Positions 13,101-25,124 of a DNA stretch of 64,000 nt are shown here, in pieces. The DNA is from Tubulanus polymorphus (Eukaryota > Animalia > Nemertea): positions 11,788,655 through 11,852,654 of the forward strand of contig NC_134033.1 of assembly GCF_964204645.1 (NCBI RefSeq). The letters run 5' to 3'. The notes under the pieces are model-generated. The model was not told the DNA's origin and made no database searches. It saw only the letters and a list, made by a program, of their open reading frames with translations. How positions within the stretch are numbered: the stretch's first letter is position 1; every line of letters starts with the position of its first letter. A program made the translations under genes and the position numbers.

Positions 13101-16100
13101 TGATGTCCGGGCTACCGTCAGACGATTTGATGCCTTTTATGATTTTAAGGAATTCGTCGATTTTGTCGAAGACTTTCAGATCTTTTGCGATTACTGTTTC
13201 TTTACCGTAGGTGATGATACCGACCTGATTAGGAAATGAAATTTTGTGAGTTGTTATAATGTAATTTTAAAGATTAATCATGATCTAAAAACAGGTAACT
13301 CGGCAACTCGACATGAGCAACAACGATAGCGATCACGATAAACCTAGAACCCAGTGCCACAGACAGGTATATCCTAGAGGGGACCAAAATCATGTTTATA
13401 AGTTTTTAGATTGGCCACTGCATCACATGGATCGGTTTTAAATTGAAACCTCGACTGTGTAGCTAACCACTGATGTATCGACAAGTAAGTTCATTTTTAC
13501 CTTGACTTTTCCAGTTGGTAATGCGGAAATAAAGAGCTTCGTGAACGTCTTGTATATCTCCAACTCGGACTGCCCGAGGCAGCTTGATGTGTCGAGCAAA
13601 AACATGATCTCACCGGTTAAAGACGCTGTCGAAATGAAGATGAAAAAGAATGCCGAATAATTAATGGTGCGCTATAGTTTCTCTAACTTATGACATAGCT
13701 ATACAGCGTTCCGAAACATTGGAATATGTGACGAAAATACTTCATGACTAGCGCAAGAGTGTAATATGAATCGGTATACTGTCGCCTTGAATACGTACAT
13801 TTGCCAGTTATCGGTGATGCGACGCACGCCCCTGCCGAACCGGTAAATCCGCACGGACATTGGCCATTAGCTGAAACGATTGGAAAAATCATTCGATAAT
13901 ACATTGTGCCAGAAGGATTCCATTCCTGCGTGGCCCACGTCTTATAGTGGTCATGGTATTATTGTGTACAAGAAGCTACTAAAGTTGAGTATGTTTAAAA
14001 TGTGCCAATGTATTTTTAGTAATAGTCCATTCAATTTAAATCAACGATTCAAACATTATATTTCGTGATTCAATATTATGTAAAAGAAGAACTGCTTTTT
14101 TGCCACTTTTTGAAGGCACAGTTTTGCTCTTTGAACAATATCGAAGAACTCGTAGAAATAAAACCCAAACTCACGGTAGCAAAGGCCATCGGATCCTTTT
14201 TTAGTTCCGGTTGGACATTTTATATCGGCTGTAAACGAACGAGTTATTTAAACATCATTTATAATATGTACAGAAATCTACACCACTAGTGACTATCACA
14301 AATCTCAATTAATTACTATACAATATATATTACAAGGTTACGGGTAGTGTAAATAAGTAATTTTTCAGAACAGATCCCACTAATTTAAAAACTGAGCTTG
14401 TGTTTTTCGAATGGTTAATGTAACTGTTTTAGTTCTTTTTTACTTACGACTTCCACAGGTTCCGTTTGGCCCGGTTTTATTACAAGCTGAAATAAGAATG
14501 AATGCAATGAATTACATAAACAATCGAGTTGGAGTTAACTCTTAAGTTATAATCTATTCATTTTCATTGCATTTTTAGTACTTACGCTTGCATTTTTGAT
14601 CGATTGCTATTTTGCCAGGAGGACATTCTACAATCGAAAATATAAAGTGTACATAATGATATACGACAACATTTCCGACATTGAAAAATCAATACTAATA
14701 TATATTTGATATTGATATTGAATTTATATCAGTTTACTTACTGTCGAATTCACATTTTCCTGTTGCGTTATTTTGTTTGTAGCCCTCCTCACACTTCGGC
14801 TTTTCTAGAAATAAAATCACAAAGTTCTTCATATAACATCGTTTGTTTTCCAGCCTGCTACGTCGAGGTAGATTATGCTATCTTCATATACAAACCACAT
14901 TTGTCTTTCTTTATGCAGGAGTCGTTGCTGAGAACGTATCCCTTCTTACAGAAACATCCTTCAACCGATGGTTTGTCGCAATTAGTGGTGCCCCCTGGTG
15001 ATTCACAGGTTTCCGGGCAACCGGTACCATTTGAGTAATACTCAGTATTCGGTTTACTACAATTCATCGCTTAAAAAATAACGGTTATTTGAAATTACAT
15101 TAGACGAAGACTAGCCTGGATATTTGAGATACGATGTAAGAAAATGAGCATGGTTCATTCTGTTCATATCCATGGCTCGAAATACATAGACTGTCCACCC
15201 GAGAAATATCGGGCCGTGTAATAAACCCATGACGGAAGTGCGGCTAGGGTTTGTGTTGGCGTGAACTTCTGCAGGAAGCAACCAAACCCTGGCAAGCGAG
15301 GATGATATGTACAGTGACTTGTCTATGAAGACGAGGTACAGGTTAAATCACGGATAACTTACGACAAAAGTCAGTTTTTCGCCAAGGTTCCTTCGGCGCT
15401 TTACTCTTCTCCTCGCAATATTTGAAAAAGTCGGCTATCATATTACAATGTGAATTGGTGGTGTTGCCGGCACATCCGTCTACCACGCAGTTAGACAGAT
15501 ATTCGTCGGCTTTCTTCTGATCGACGCCGATGCAGTCTTTGAAAATACCACCTTTGTCCGTTATGAGGCCGCAGAATTGTTTCGACTTCAATTTGGTTTC
15601 CTTCGCCGGGTCACATTTCGGTGTTGTTGTCTTGTTTGTGCACTGTCTGTTATTCCAAATTTTAAAAAAAGACAATAGATCATAAATACAGCGTGTTGAG
15701 AGAGATCCACGTCATACGAACTGCTATCATTACTCAATATATCTCATAAATGTCGCAAAAATTCATGTTGATATATTTGGTGGAATTTGGATAATCTTTT
15801 TCGTTTTATCATCGATTTCGATAGCGAAACAGAAACACATATATAGTCATCACTTAATACTGCTTTGTTTTTCTTTTCGGTTCGAGACCACATATAATGT
15901 CCCGGACGAATTTTGGTCGTCCATTCTGCATCGTACGTATTGTAGTGTTCTATTTTTGATGTTCGTAATAAAATTTCGATGGTTGAAAAACACGCCGGAC
16001 ACAAAGCGCCGAATGTTCACCAAATAAGGTTTTTCAGCAAATTGACAAAGCTGGACGAAGATTGAAAGATAGTTTTTACTGACCCCGATGAAGCCGGTGC

Positions 16101-19100
16101 CCCGGAATCGTCCGGAACCAACCACTCTTCGAAGAATTTGTCAACGTCAGTCTCGACGTTTGTTTTCACTTGTACGCCATCTTTGTGATAATAACCGTGT
16201 TTACCACAGTCACCGCAAACTCCTACAGATGTATTGAATATATCATGAATTCTAGATCAGTTACAATATTTCATTAAAACGATACTAAGATATTGAGTGA
16301 GAATAATATCAATGACCCGGTCGCTATAAGGACAATCTATGTGTTTCTACATATTGCTCATACAGAAGCCGGACGTATGTCCGCGTATATAAGTTGTCCT
16401 AAAGAAAAACTCAAAACATGCGGACCCAGTGGGTACCCAAAAACATGGCGCCTGAAAACTGTATAAAGGCTTATTCATTTCCCTTGGCCGTTTCCAGGCG
16501 TGAAAGCTTTTCGCCGCGTTAACTTACCGTTAGTTTTTGTTTTCCACGTTCCCGAATCGGTGAAAACGAAACCCATTGAAATTCCGTCGAACTGTAAGCT
16601 GACTCCGCACGAGCTCATCGCGTCAACGTTTATGAATTCACCGACTTTAGATATGAATACATCAGGACTGAAGCTGTAATCCGGCACCTTAACGGCTTTA
16701 CCATCGACCTTTTTAAATGGGCAAAACAGAAAGAATTCAGTGATTAATCGGTGGAAAATGTATTCGGAACGGATTATCAAATTATATCGTTAGAGTTGAA
16801 TGGAAACTACATAGCTGAGGTGATATTTCAGTTCTTAAGTACCGGAGTTATTCTGCAAGTGTATGAACATACGAACCTCAACAGTTCCGCCTTGCTTCAG
16901 ACGAATCTTGAAGTTTTTTATCTTGAAATCGAACATCCTAACCCAGGATACGTCTTTAGCGTTGTTTCTATGTTCGGTTTTAACTTCTATCGTAAATTTG
17001 CAGTCTTGTGTCTGATCGACGGACGCGGAGAATACGTATTTACAAACTCCCTGAAATTCGAGCACGTCGCCGCGGAAGTTGAAAAAATGCGGGTCTCCGG
17101 ATGTTCGGCATTTACAATAGCCTTAAAAGAAAGAAATACCGAGATGTACGTAGGTTTCGGATTGGGAATAAATCAGAAACGATAAATGAGTTGCTGCAAC
17201 TTTGGAAGTTGAGCGCCAACGTGAAAAATTCGATATGCCATCAAAACAAGTATGAATTCATAATGGCCTAAAGAAAGCATGAGTCGTAGTAAGCACAGCT
17301 GACGTTACACCTGACGAGTATCTCTAGTGTGAGATCGAAACGTCTTGTCTTTTTTATTAACTTTTGATAAAATAGATGCTCGATTTTAAAAAACTGTGCT
17401 TAATGGGTTTCTATCTTTTTATCTGTTCTTCACGTTTGAGTGCACGGGTATTCTACTAGGCGTGGGTCTGGATGCACGATCTCAGATGCAAAAGCTTAAA
17501 TGTCTAAACTTTTTGAATCAATTTTCGAATATGAATCACCAAACTTCAGAAAAGCTCAAATGAAAGCCATTTGGATCTCAGTCCTCGTGGACTTTATGAG
17601 GTCCATGGGTTCATCGGGGTCGAGGTCGTAGTAGATGCGTCAGGTGAGTTTCGATCAAAAAGAATTTGTGTCAGACACATATTTAGCTTGGGAACATCGC
17701 GGGATCGATGAGTTCTTAGATCGAGAATTATCGATCGTAAACGTACTTGCTGTGCTGTTACACTCGGCCCACGAATGAGTCCAGCCTGTCTTGCGCGTAA
17801 ATTTTCGGCCCGTTTCTCGATTTGCCGTCGACAAATGACAGATTTTGCTACCCGAATCGTAGTTGATCGCCTCGCACCTGATCTCCGTGTTCGTCAGACA
17901 TTGGATCATACAAGACGCGGCCGTATTCACGTTTGAGATGGATTTATCGCTGGATTTGGAATTTTCCCAACCGACCATGTCTTTCATAATCAATGTGTCA
18001 CCTATAACGAAGAAAAGAAACTGAACACGTTTATTCAATTTTAGTCCATGAACCGGCTGCACTGCTGGAGGGTTTCACTATACGTAATAAACTTATTTTG
18101 AACTATTCAGAGTGAAATTCAACTCACAGCAGTGGAACTGGGTTTCGGATTAAATGAATCGGAATATAGGACCAGATAATTGAATAAGGGAATGAAAGCC
18201 GAGATATCTGGTATTCTCCCATAATTAAACTTCACATTACTTGGTGCCTTTGTGTTTTTAGGGATTGCGTGGATTCAAGTATACGTCACGTGTCACCCAT
18301 ACAAAAATGAATTCGAATGTCGAATGGTTAAAAACAATGATCTTACAGTAACAGCCTTTCCCGATTCCAATCTGTCCGCTCGAGCATTTTGCGCGACCTG
18401 AAATAAGTGAATTAAACTTATTCAAAGGCGGCAGCAACAATTCATGGTGATGTCTCGAACTCTACGTAGCTAGTTGAAATTGAGATGCTGCGGATCCTTC
18501 AATGCGTCCTGGAGCCAGTTTCACAGAATTTTCTTATATACTCTGAATAGATTTCAACTGAGCGAGTTAAGAAAATAAATGGAACCGAGTCGAATATTGT
18601 TCGTAAAACTGGCTTTCTGACGTAGATCGAGAAAGTATTTCGAAAGAAATAGGAAAATACGTCGCCGTGGAGTTAGTTATACGTAGAATAAAGCTCCGTG
18701 TCTGCCTCCCTATTAAGAGTCTGACATTCAAAATAACTACAAAGTTTGTTATTGTTTGAACGCGTAATACATGTACGTAATGATTCTGGCCATAATGATC
18801 TAGCGTACATATGTAAGCTTATATCGGGGATTTTGGTCCAACTGCAGGTCGCCTTTCCGCAATGTGGAACTAGTGTAATTAAACAATAGGGTTATGGTTA
18901 AGTTAGATTAGGTACGTAACCATTAAGCACGACACACACGATTTATATTCATATGTCCCTACTTCGTGAGCGTTTGGGCTCCAAAGACTAAAACTGCAGT
19001 TGCTCATCAACAAAACTCCGTCTTGCAAGATTACGAATTTAACAATCATTTTCGCCTCTTACCTTTTCCGATTATAGTTGTAATAGAGGTGAGTACGTTC

Positions 19101-22100
19101 TGGTAGTCGCTTCCGGTAACCTTGAAGGTCATGCCAGCGTCGGTTATTTCGGCGAGTGTACCGGCACTGGAGGTCATGGCCACCGTTATCACCGTCGTGC
19201 CTTTCGTCCACAGTTTCATCGCTGAAGTTAACATTCGATCGCTGGATGCCGTTTTACCGGCGCCGATTACGATTACCATTCGAGCCGTGTCGATACCGCG
19301 AGCGCCATTACCTGCAGAGATCAATATACCATTCTTAGAATATACGATCAATGAAACTTGGATGTCATTCTGTTTATACTTTATGATTATAGATTGATTA
19401 AATTCATCAAACAAGACACACGGTTATCATAACGTCGAGTAAATTTTGAAGAACGTTATTGCGTTGCGCATTGGCATCATTTAGTTATGGATGGTAGTTT
19501 GAATATCGATAGCATCTGTGGATGTTATTCTGAGAGTTATGAAATCTATCTTAGTCAAATTTGCACAGAATTCATCAGTGTAGTTGTAACTTCATAATTT
19601 TGCATATCTTACCGTTGAAATATGTCGATACTAGCCAATCAAAAGCCGAATACAGATTTGAAGCTGTACTCTTCTGTTGCATCTCTTTTATTTTACCTTT
19701 CACGCATGCGTTGTCGGTACACGCGCTCAGGAAGGCACGATTATCCACTTTATCGGAATAACCGACTACACCTGAAAAACAAATACATGTGTTGACATAA
19801 TTTGACTGAAACTAATGGTATACCCTTTTTCGGGGTACTTTTTCTTTTAGATTGATCTTTTGTAGCTTGTGCCTGAAAGTTGCATAAAGTGAATTAAAAA
19901 TTTTTGAATCTCCATACTCCTTGGTGTCTGTCCTCTACGTCACTCGCTCTGCGTCGATACTTATCGTTTGTTTGTGCCCCTAATGAACCGCTAAATCGAC
20001 AATACATACTTACCGACCTGGATACCGGTTTTCGAGATTTTGAAAAGTTCCGTCAACGATTCGGCAAAAGCTTGAGCTTTGGTGAATTCGGCACTTGTCA
20101 GTTCCTTGGATTGATCGATCATCACGGCAATATCCCAATTTCCTGACGTTTGAGTTGGGCCGACTAGAAATATGAATATTTGGAGAAAAGGCCTGAGTCG
20201 TTGCGAACATAATTAAGCGTGACTTCTCCTAGGACATCAGGGATTCGACTATCTAACTAGGCCTTAAAGTCGGATAAAGACGGATAGACTTGGGTGGAAA
20301 GAGCAGATTTTTGGCGGCCTCTCCTGTGAGATATTTTAGATATTCGAATTTGAATGCATTTCAAGAGCATCAGGAGCAGTTTCTAGGTAATGAACGGTAA
20401 TCGATGGCCCACATAACTTTTTGATAAGTGAACGTTTCAGCCCCACTGGTGATCAAAATCAAAATCAAACGATTGAATTGATCAAATTCGTTTTCGACAT
20501 TTTTCGTACCTACGCATCCTTTTCCGACCGTATACTGCTTACCGCCCGTGCATTGACACTGGAAATTACCGTCCGTATTTTTACACGTTGCCGTGCCGCA
20601 CGGGTTGCCCTCCAAACACTCGTTTATATCTAAATATAGGAGAAAATCGTGGAATTAGAATCGCAGGAATAATGAATTTAAATGGTTTTATCACCTGGGG
20701 CCAGTTGCACAGGCATAGCCTGCATTTAGAACCAGGGGCAGTTGCTCAAAAGTTGGTGAGTTAACATAGTGACAATTGAAAGTTCATTGTTACTATCGTT
20801 GGGGTATTTATCCGGCGGTTATCTTTATCCAACTTTGGAACGAGTGGCTGGTGTTTTATGGTTTGATTTTATCTAGACTTACAGAAGGAAACAATGGTTA
20901 ATGAAATAGCGAATGGGAATATAGTTAAGATATCAAAATTGAGTTGATTAGTCCATGGATCTAAAACCAACGAAAAAGATCGAAAATTCGGATTTCTAGA
21001 AATAGGTTTTAGCAATAGGGCCTACGATATTCTAAATTTTTCGGCTCGTTATTGTGGGACTACGGTGGTTTATTTCAGGTGGAAAATAATCAAACTGAAG
21101 ATGATACATCAGACAAATCTATACGCTTATAAAAGTATGTACCTGAACATTGTCCACCTTTTGATTGGTAACCCGCTTTACACGCAGTATCTAAATTAAA
21201 GAAACATAATTCGAATATATAATTTGATGTGGCATGATCAAATGAATACTTTTTAATTACTCAAACGGTTTTCATCGTACTGATGAAGTTCGATTATCTT
21301 CTTATTGTCAAGCTAGGACAATTCGGAAAAGATCGTGTAGAATCAGTCAGTCCCGAAATTGCACCGTATGCCAGACCGGTCTTATAATATATCTATTTCG
21401 CCATATATGTATGCAGTATAAATGATATACAAATGATGATAAGTTACATACGTACACCGATGGATGCTTGGAAAGCCAATAAAAGCTTTGCCCCGTACAA
21501 AATCCAAGCACCCTTCGCTATCGGTTGCAGTCAAAATATCAACATAGTGAGTTTGACTACTTTTTACTTCGAGTCGATGAAAAAAACAAGTGTCAATAAT
21601 TTGATTATAATGTGATATTAACTGAAATGTTTTCGGTACCTGCAGCCGCTTGAGCGGCGACGAATACGCCTACGCTATGGAAATCACTGATGACCTTGAC
21701 ATTGATGATCGACGTCACTTGTTTGGACAACATCGCCCGGAAATCTCCATCCGGGCCGTTAGTCATAACGATACGTACCAATATCTGTGAAGGGGAAACG
21801 ATTTTCGATGAGAGAACTTTTCTATCATGTGCCTTATTTCATTTTGGCAATGCGGATTACTATTGAATACCGTTATAGACTTTGACACGGTGTCATGAAC
21901 CGTATTGTTTTTATTGAGCTCATTTATTGAGCTGATTTCATTCGCATTAGAAACGTACCCCCTTCGATATCAATTCCACCAAAGTCTGTCCAACTTTATT
22001 CTTATCCTCCGATTTCGGGCCGGATATAAGAATCAACTGTTTCATCGACTGTTTCGAGCTGATTGTTGATTCGTTGAACATCTGAATGGCTTTCTTCAGA

Positions 22101-24005
22101 CCGTCGTTGGCCGCCTCACCCGATGACGATCTGGTGACGCTTTTGACTTTTCCCTGAGCGCAAGCTGCATCTTTACAATTCGTCCATCCACCACTGACGC
22201 TTCCTTGGGCATAGCTTATGACACCTGCGCGTAAGCATAGCCAAAATTATCAAAAATATATCACGAGTTACTAAATAACGGATTCCGTCCCAGTTTGAAA
22301 TAGTCTTTGGTTAGGTTTTGTCTCGTAAGCTACTTAAGGTTAACCAGTAACCAATAGATAAATGACATTGTGGCAATTCCATATTGTGAACATGGTAATT
22401 ATATGGATCAGTTCCACAGTAAGCTTGCAGTTAGGTCTGAGTTATTTTTTTCAAAATACTCAACCCTAGAGTCATATTCCAACCCAGAACTGTGGAATTT
22501 GGGTGATGTCGGTATAGTGAAACCAGTGAGATACTAACTCTTTGTTCAGTGAGTTCATGGATTAAATTAAGCCAACGTCGTGTTTTGAGGTTGATCGGAG
22601 GATCTTGCTGGTATACCTATAACCAGCATGGTTGATGAAGTTCTGACGAATAAGTCCATCAAAAATTGATGTTGTCTACCAGAAATATTAATCTAGAACG
22701 GTTTACTCAAATTTTACATGTTCAGTTTACCTAAGTTAAGTTTAGCACCGTCAGGTTTCATGGAAGAGACGATATCTTCCGTGATCGATTTCATCTTATC
22801 GAACTCGTCGGTCGTTCCGAGGCCGGTAGATTTATCAATAGCGACAATGACGTCCGTATTCTTCGATGGAGCTTTCGAATAGAAAGAAAATCGTATCTCA
22901 TCGCTCGAATAAAATTTTACTTTTTAATTTGGCGAAATGAGAATTAAACGAGAAGGTCATCGGTCCAACTATATATTTGTTGATTTCCAGTTGGGGAAGG
23001 TGGGGATATATTTAATTGAGTTATCGATTCTACAAACTGAAATTGTCTGAAACACAAGGCAAGGAATATACAGTGAGGGGTATTATCATTTCTATTTTCA
23101 GGATCTAAATCATGATTCTCTTTGCAAAAATGTCACTATATTAATGTAAGGCAATCGGTATAATGTGTTCAACTAACCGGCGACTGTAGGCGCAGTCAAT
23201 CCAACCAGTTTCCCAGCTTCGACTTTCACGCAATCACCGTTAATGTATCCTGCAATACAATCCATTATTATCATAATCATCATGTTTAAGTATTTTAGTT
23301 ATCTATCGTACAAGGTCGTTTACTCGTTGGCGTATTTCGACGAAACTGGCCCATGAGTCGATCAGATTATTAGCGAAGATCAAACAGCGCTGTGGAGCAA
23401 TGTGGCCGAGTGGGTAGAGCGTTCGACTCTGGGAAGCCAAGTCCAATATTCGAACCCCGTACATTACCGTAGTGGCCTCGGGCAAGACACTTATCCTCAT
23501 TGCCTCTCTCTACCCAGAGGTAAATGTATATCATTATCAAATGTTAATCTTTATTATCATTTGTACGGTCTCTTTAGCAGTTATTCATTATCATTTTCCA
23601 ATTACCGCATGAGCTATCACTGCCGCCTCCTTTAACAGTTGTTGATGCAGCAGCAGCAGCAGCTTTAGTAGTTGTTGCAGCAGCTCCAGCTCCACCTGAT
23701 GCTTTAGTTGTCGGCCCGGCTCCACCTGATGCTTTAGTTGTCGGCCCCGCTCCACCTGATGCTTTCGTTGTCGGCCCGGCTCCACCTGATGCTTTCGTTG
23801 TCGGACCGGCCCCACCTGATTTTTTCGTTGTCGGTCCGGCTCCACCTGATGCTTTAGTTGTCGGCCCGGCTCCACCTGATGCTTTAGTTGTCGGCCCGGC
23901 TCCACCACCGCCGCCGTTTCCCATCATCCCGCTACCATCGACTGTCTTTAGCTGCCAGACAACCACGACAACGATGACCCCAACCAGGATCCATCGGATC
24001 CGCAT
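1..24005 (-). CDS. Giant secreted mucin/adhesive-like protein (SP, 3x VWA, EGF-Ca, PAN, VWD-C8-TIL, Cys-hairpin and Thr/Lys/Pro repeats); 3' end outside window
   Basis: Hand-spliced exons with consistent phases: 24005-23606, 23249-23178, 22871-22731, 22224-21959, 21784-21640, 21190-21143, 20629-20510, 20163-20014, 19771-19613, 19311-19063, 18397-18347, 18001-17762, 17121-16877, 16708-16528, 16222-16084, 15646-15363, 15069-14896, 14804-14742, 14627-14586, 14486-14448, 14228-14175, 13870-13799, 13625-13501, 13224-12993, 12810-12643, 12523-12464, 12363-12316, 11267-11220, 11119-11057, 10935-10870, 10613-10560, 10171-<1. The first 31 exons sum to 4198 nt (phase 1), matching the last acceptor. Hydrophobic N-terminus MRIRWILVGVIVVVVVWQ. 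Motifs: DINEC..C..TDGNFQCQC (EGF-Ca), CRTSGDPH and GVCGDC (VWD), CPETC/CFCKKGY (TIL). Confidence 0.88.
2..4985 (-). repeat. Coding tandem repeat, 711 bp (237 aa) x 7, continuing beyond the window
   Basis: Near-identical units with period 711. Each has a 26-Cys block (CKKGMVERNGKCECKDSK...CDGKATWDSATNTC) plus a PTS linker (TTKSTPKTSPPSPEKTTTSPPVTTSAGPAPTTETTKQPATTTT). Confidence 0.97.
5048..8374 (-). repeat. Coding tandem repeat, 87 bp (29 aa TKVTCKPGEIYDTPTEKCVPKSSKTTPGR) x ~38
   Basis: Period 87 read directly; translated in the giant-exon frame. Confidence 0.96.
8390..9830 (-). repeat. Coding short repeats, 18/21 bp (PKGGTT, PKGSVTT, PKGNTTT)
   Basis: tttggtgttgtgcctcc-type units; about 480 aa of P/K/G/T, mucin-like, with many NTT sequons. 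Confidence 0.95.
12643..13625 (-). other. Third VWA domain (3 exons)
   Basis: EIMFLLDTSSC...KVKVGIITYG...RFIMMLSCGKS...LMDKGVALFALGV. Confidence 0.8.
14896..17121 (-). other. VWD-C8-TIL assembly (5 exons), GDPH at 17087-17098
   Basis: CKCRTSGDPHFFNF, FQGVCKY, GVCGDC; C8 segment FCGLI..IFKDC..CVVDGC..WRKTDFC; TIL Cys pattern. Confidence 0.88.
17307..17348 (+). ncRNA. Minimal type I hammerhead ribozyme motif (Penelope-type), copy 1
   Basis: acac CTGACGA gtatctc tagtgt gagatc GAAACGTC ttgt: core CUGANGA and GAAA, helix II, palindromic ACGU, GUC triplet; helix I has one mismatch. Confidence 0.55.
17762..18001 (-). other. PAN/apple domain exon
   Basis: SCMIQCL...CEAINYDSGSKICHLS pattern. Confidence 0.8.
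19063..22871 (-). other. VWA1 (22871-21640), EGF-Ca (20629-20510), VWA2 (20163-19063)
   Basis: DVIVAIDKST...LGVISYA; DINECLEGNPC; DIAVMIDQSKE...VGVVGYSD...ARMVIVIGAGK. Confidence 0.8.
23395..23527 (+). mobile_element. tRNA-derived SINE remnant (CORE-like body)
   Basis: A-box-like TGGCCGAGTGG, B-box-like ATTCGAACCC, then GTGGCCTCGGGCAAGACACTT resembling the CORE-SINE motif. Confidence 0.65.
23688..23907 (-). repeat. Coding 30-bp repeat (GGAGPTTKAS) x ~7 after the signal peptide
   Basis: Seen directly in ORF 23574..24005. Confidence 0.95.
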
Positions 24006-25054
24006 CGTCCTGAGAAAATGCAGTATACAATATTATTTACCTAAGGAAAATCTAGTTAGGACGAGAATGAAGAAAGTTTAGCACAAATTTAATCTTTTAT
24101 CACGCATTATGTAGTAAGTTATATAGATATAGATTCGTTTAGGCGTTGTCAATAAAATCATGGAATGTATCTTCACTTCTGGTTGAAAAACGGGGACACT
24201 GCAAAATGAAATTCGCCTCAATAGTTCATTACAGTGAGGACATATCATCCGATCTCAAGACTAGACCGGAAAAATGAAGTATGCACATGAGGAATGTATT
24301 CATCTATGAAAAGAAGAAAAGTTTACTCAATATTTTAGACGCCCTTGGAATTATTATGGAGAACATCTATTTTTATTTTTCTAAGGATGCGAAATGATAT
24401 ATGTGTTTTTAATCTATGTTAAACGATATTCAGCGGCATCCAGTAATTGCCACTTGAACCTAATTGGATGAAATTCCGATGAATACAAATGAATTTGCTA
24501 ATGGGCAGCCGAACGAAAATTGATTCGAAAAAACCAATATATACATATCACTATGGACGAATTTTATTTGGATAGGTTAGAAAATGTATATATCTCTTAG
24601 ACAAGTGAAAGTTATGTGTCCAAAAATTATTTCAGTGTTTCTTTTCTCAAAATTTCTGTATTTACAATTACGCCGTTCGATTCCTGATTTTAAGAATAAC
24701 TAGCTTTTAGATTTGAGCTTTTTCTAAACTCTTTGGAACATATTCAACTTCCGAAAGTCTGACGATAGACAGATAGAAAAATCTTTTTTTATTGTTCTTA
24801 GCTTTTTTCGTCCAATTTTGAATATGTATGCAAAAGATATGTTAACGGAAACTAAGAGAGTGAAAAATACTTCAAAAAGATATCGAAACATCTGTGTGCC
24901 GTTTAAACAACAGAAATGTCCATCTATACCTCGCGAATGAATACCGATTAAAAATGTAGGCTTACAGAAAAATTCAATCAAACAATGAGATTAAAATCCG
25001 CCACGAATAAATATATTTCTTCGTTAAAATTCCCTATCGGAGGACGAAGCTTAC

Positions 25055-25124
25055 CGTTGTATCTGGTAGGTTGTAATCCTTCGTTATTTCTTCGTCTATG
25101 AATCGAATGATGATATTTTTATAA
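25055..25124 (-). promoter_or_regulatory. Candidate TATA box (~25116-25123) and short non-coding first exon of the mucin-like gene
   Basis: The ATG exon begins at an acceptor (24009), so an upstream exon is needed. Minus-strand TATAAAAA is followed by a good donor CG|GTAAGC at 25055. Confidence 0.4.

Noticed and set aside
18128-18180. Possible extra exon with a GTGAGT donor at 18128
   Set aside because: No phase-compatible acceptor found; direct splicing 18347 to 18001 supplies the first PAN Cys.
23395-23470. Functional tRNA gene
   Set aside because: No complete cloverleaf, and it runs into a SINE body.
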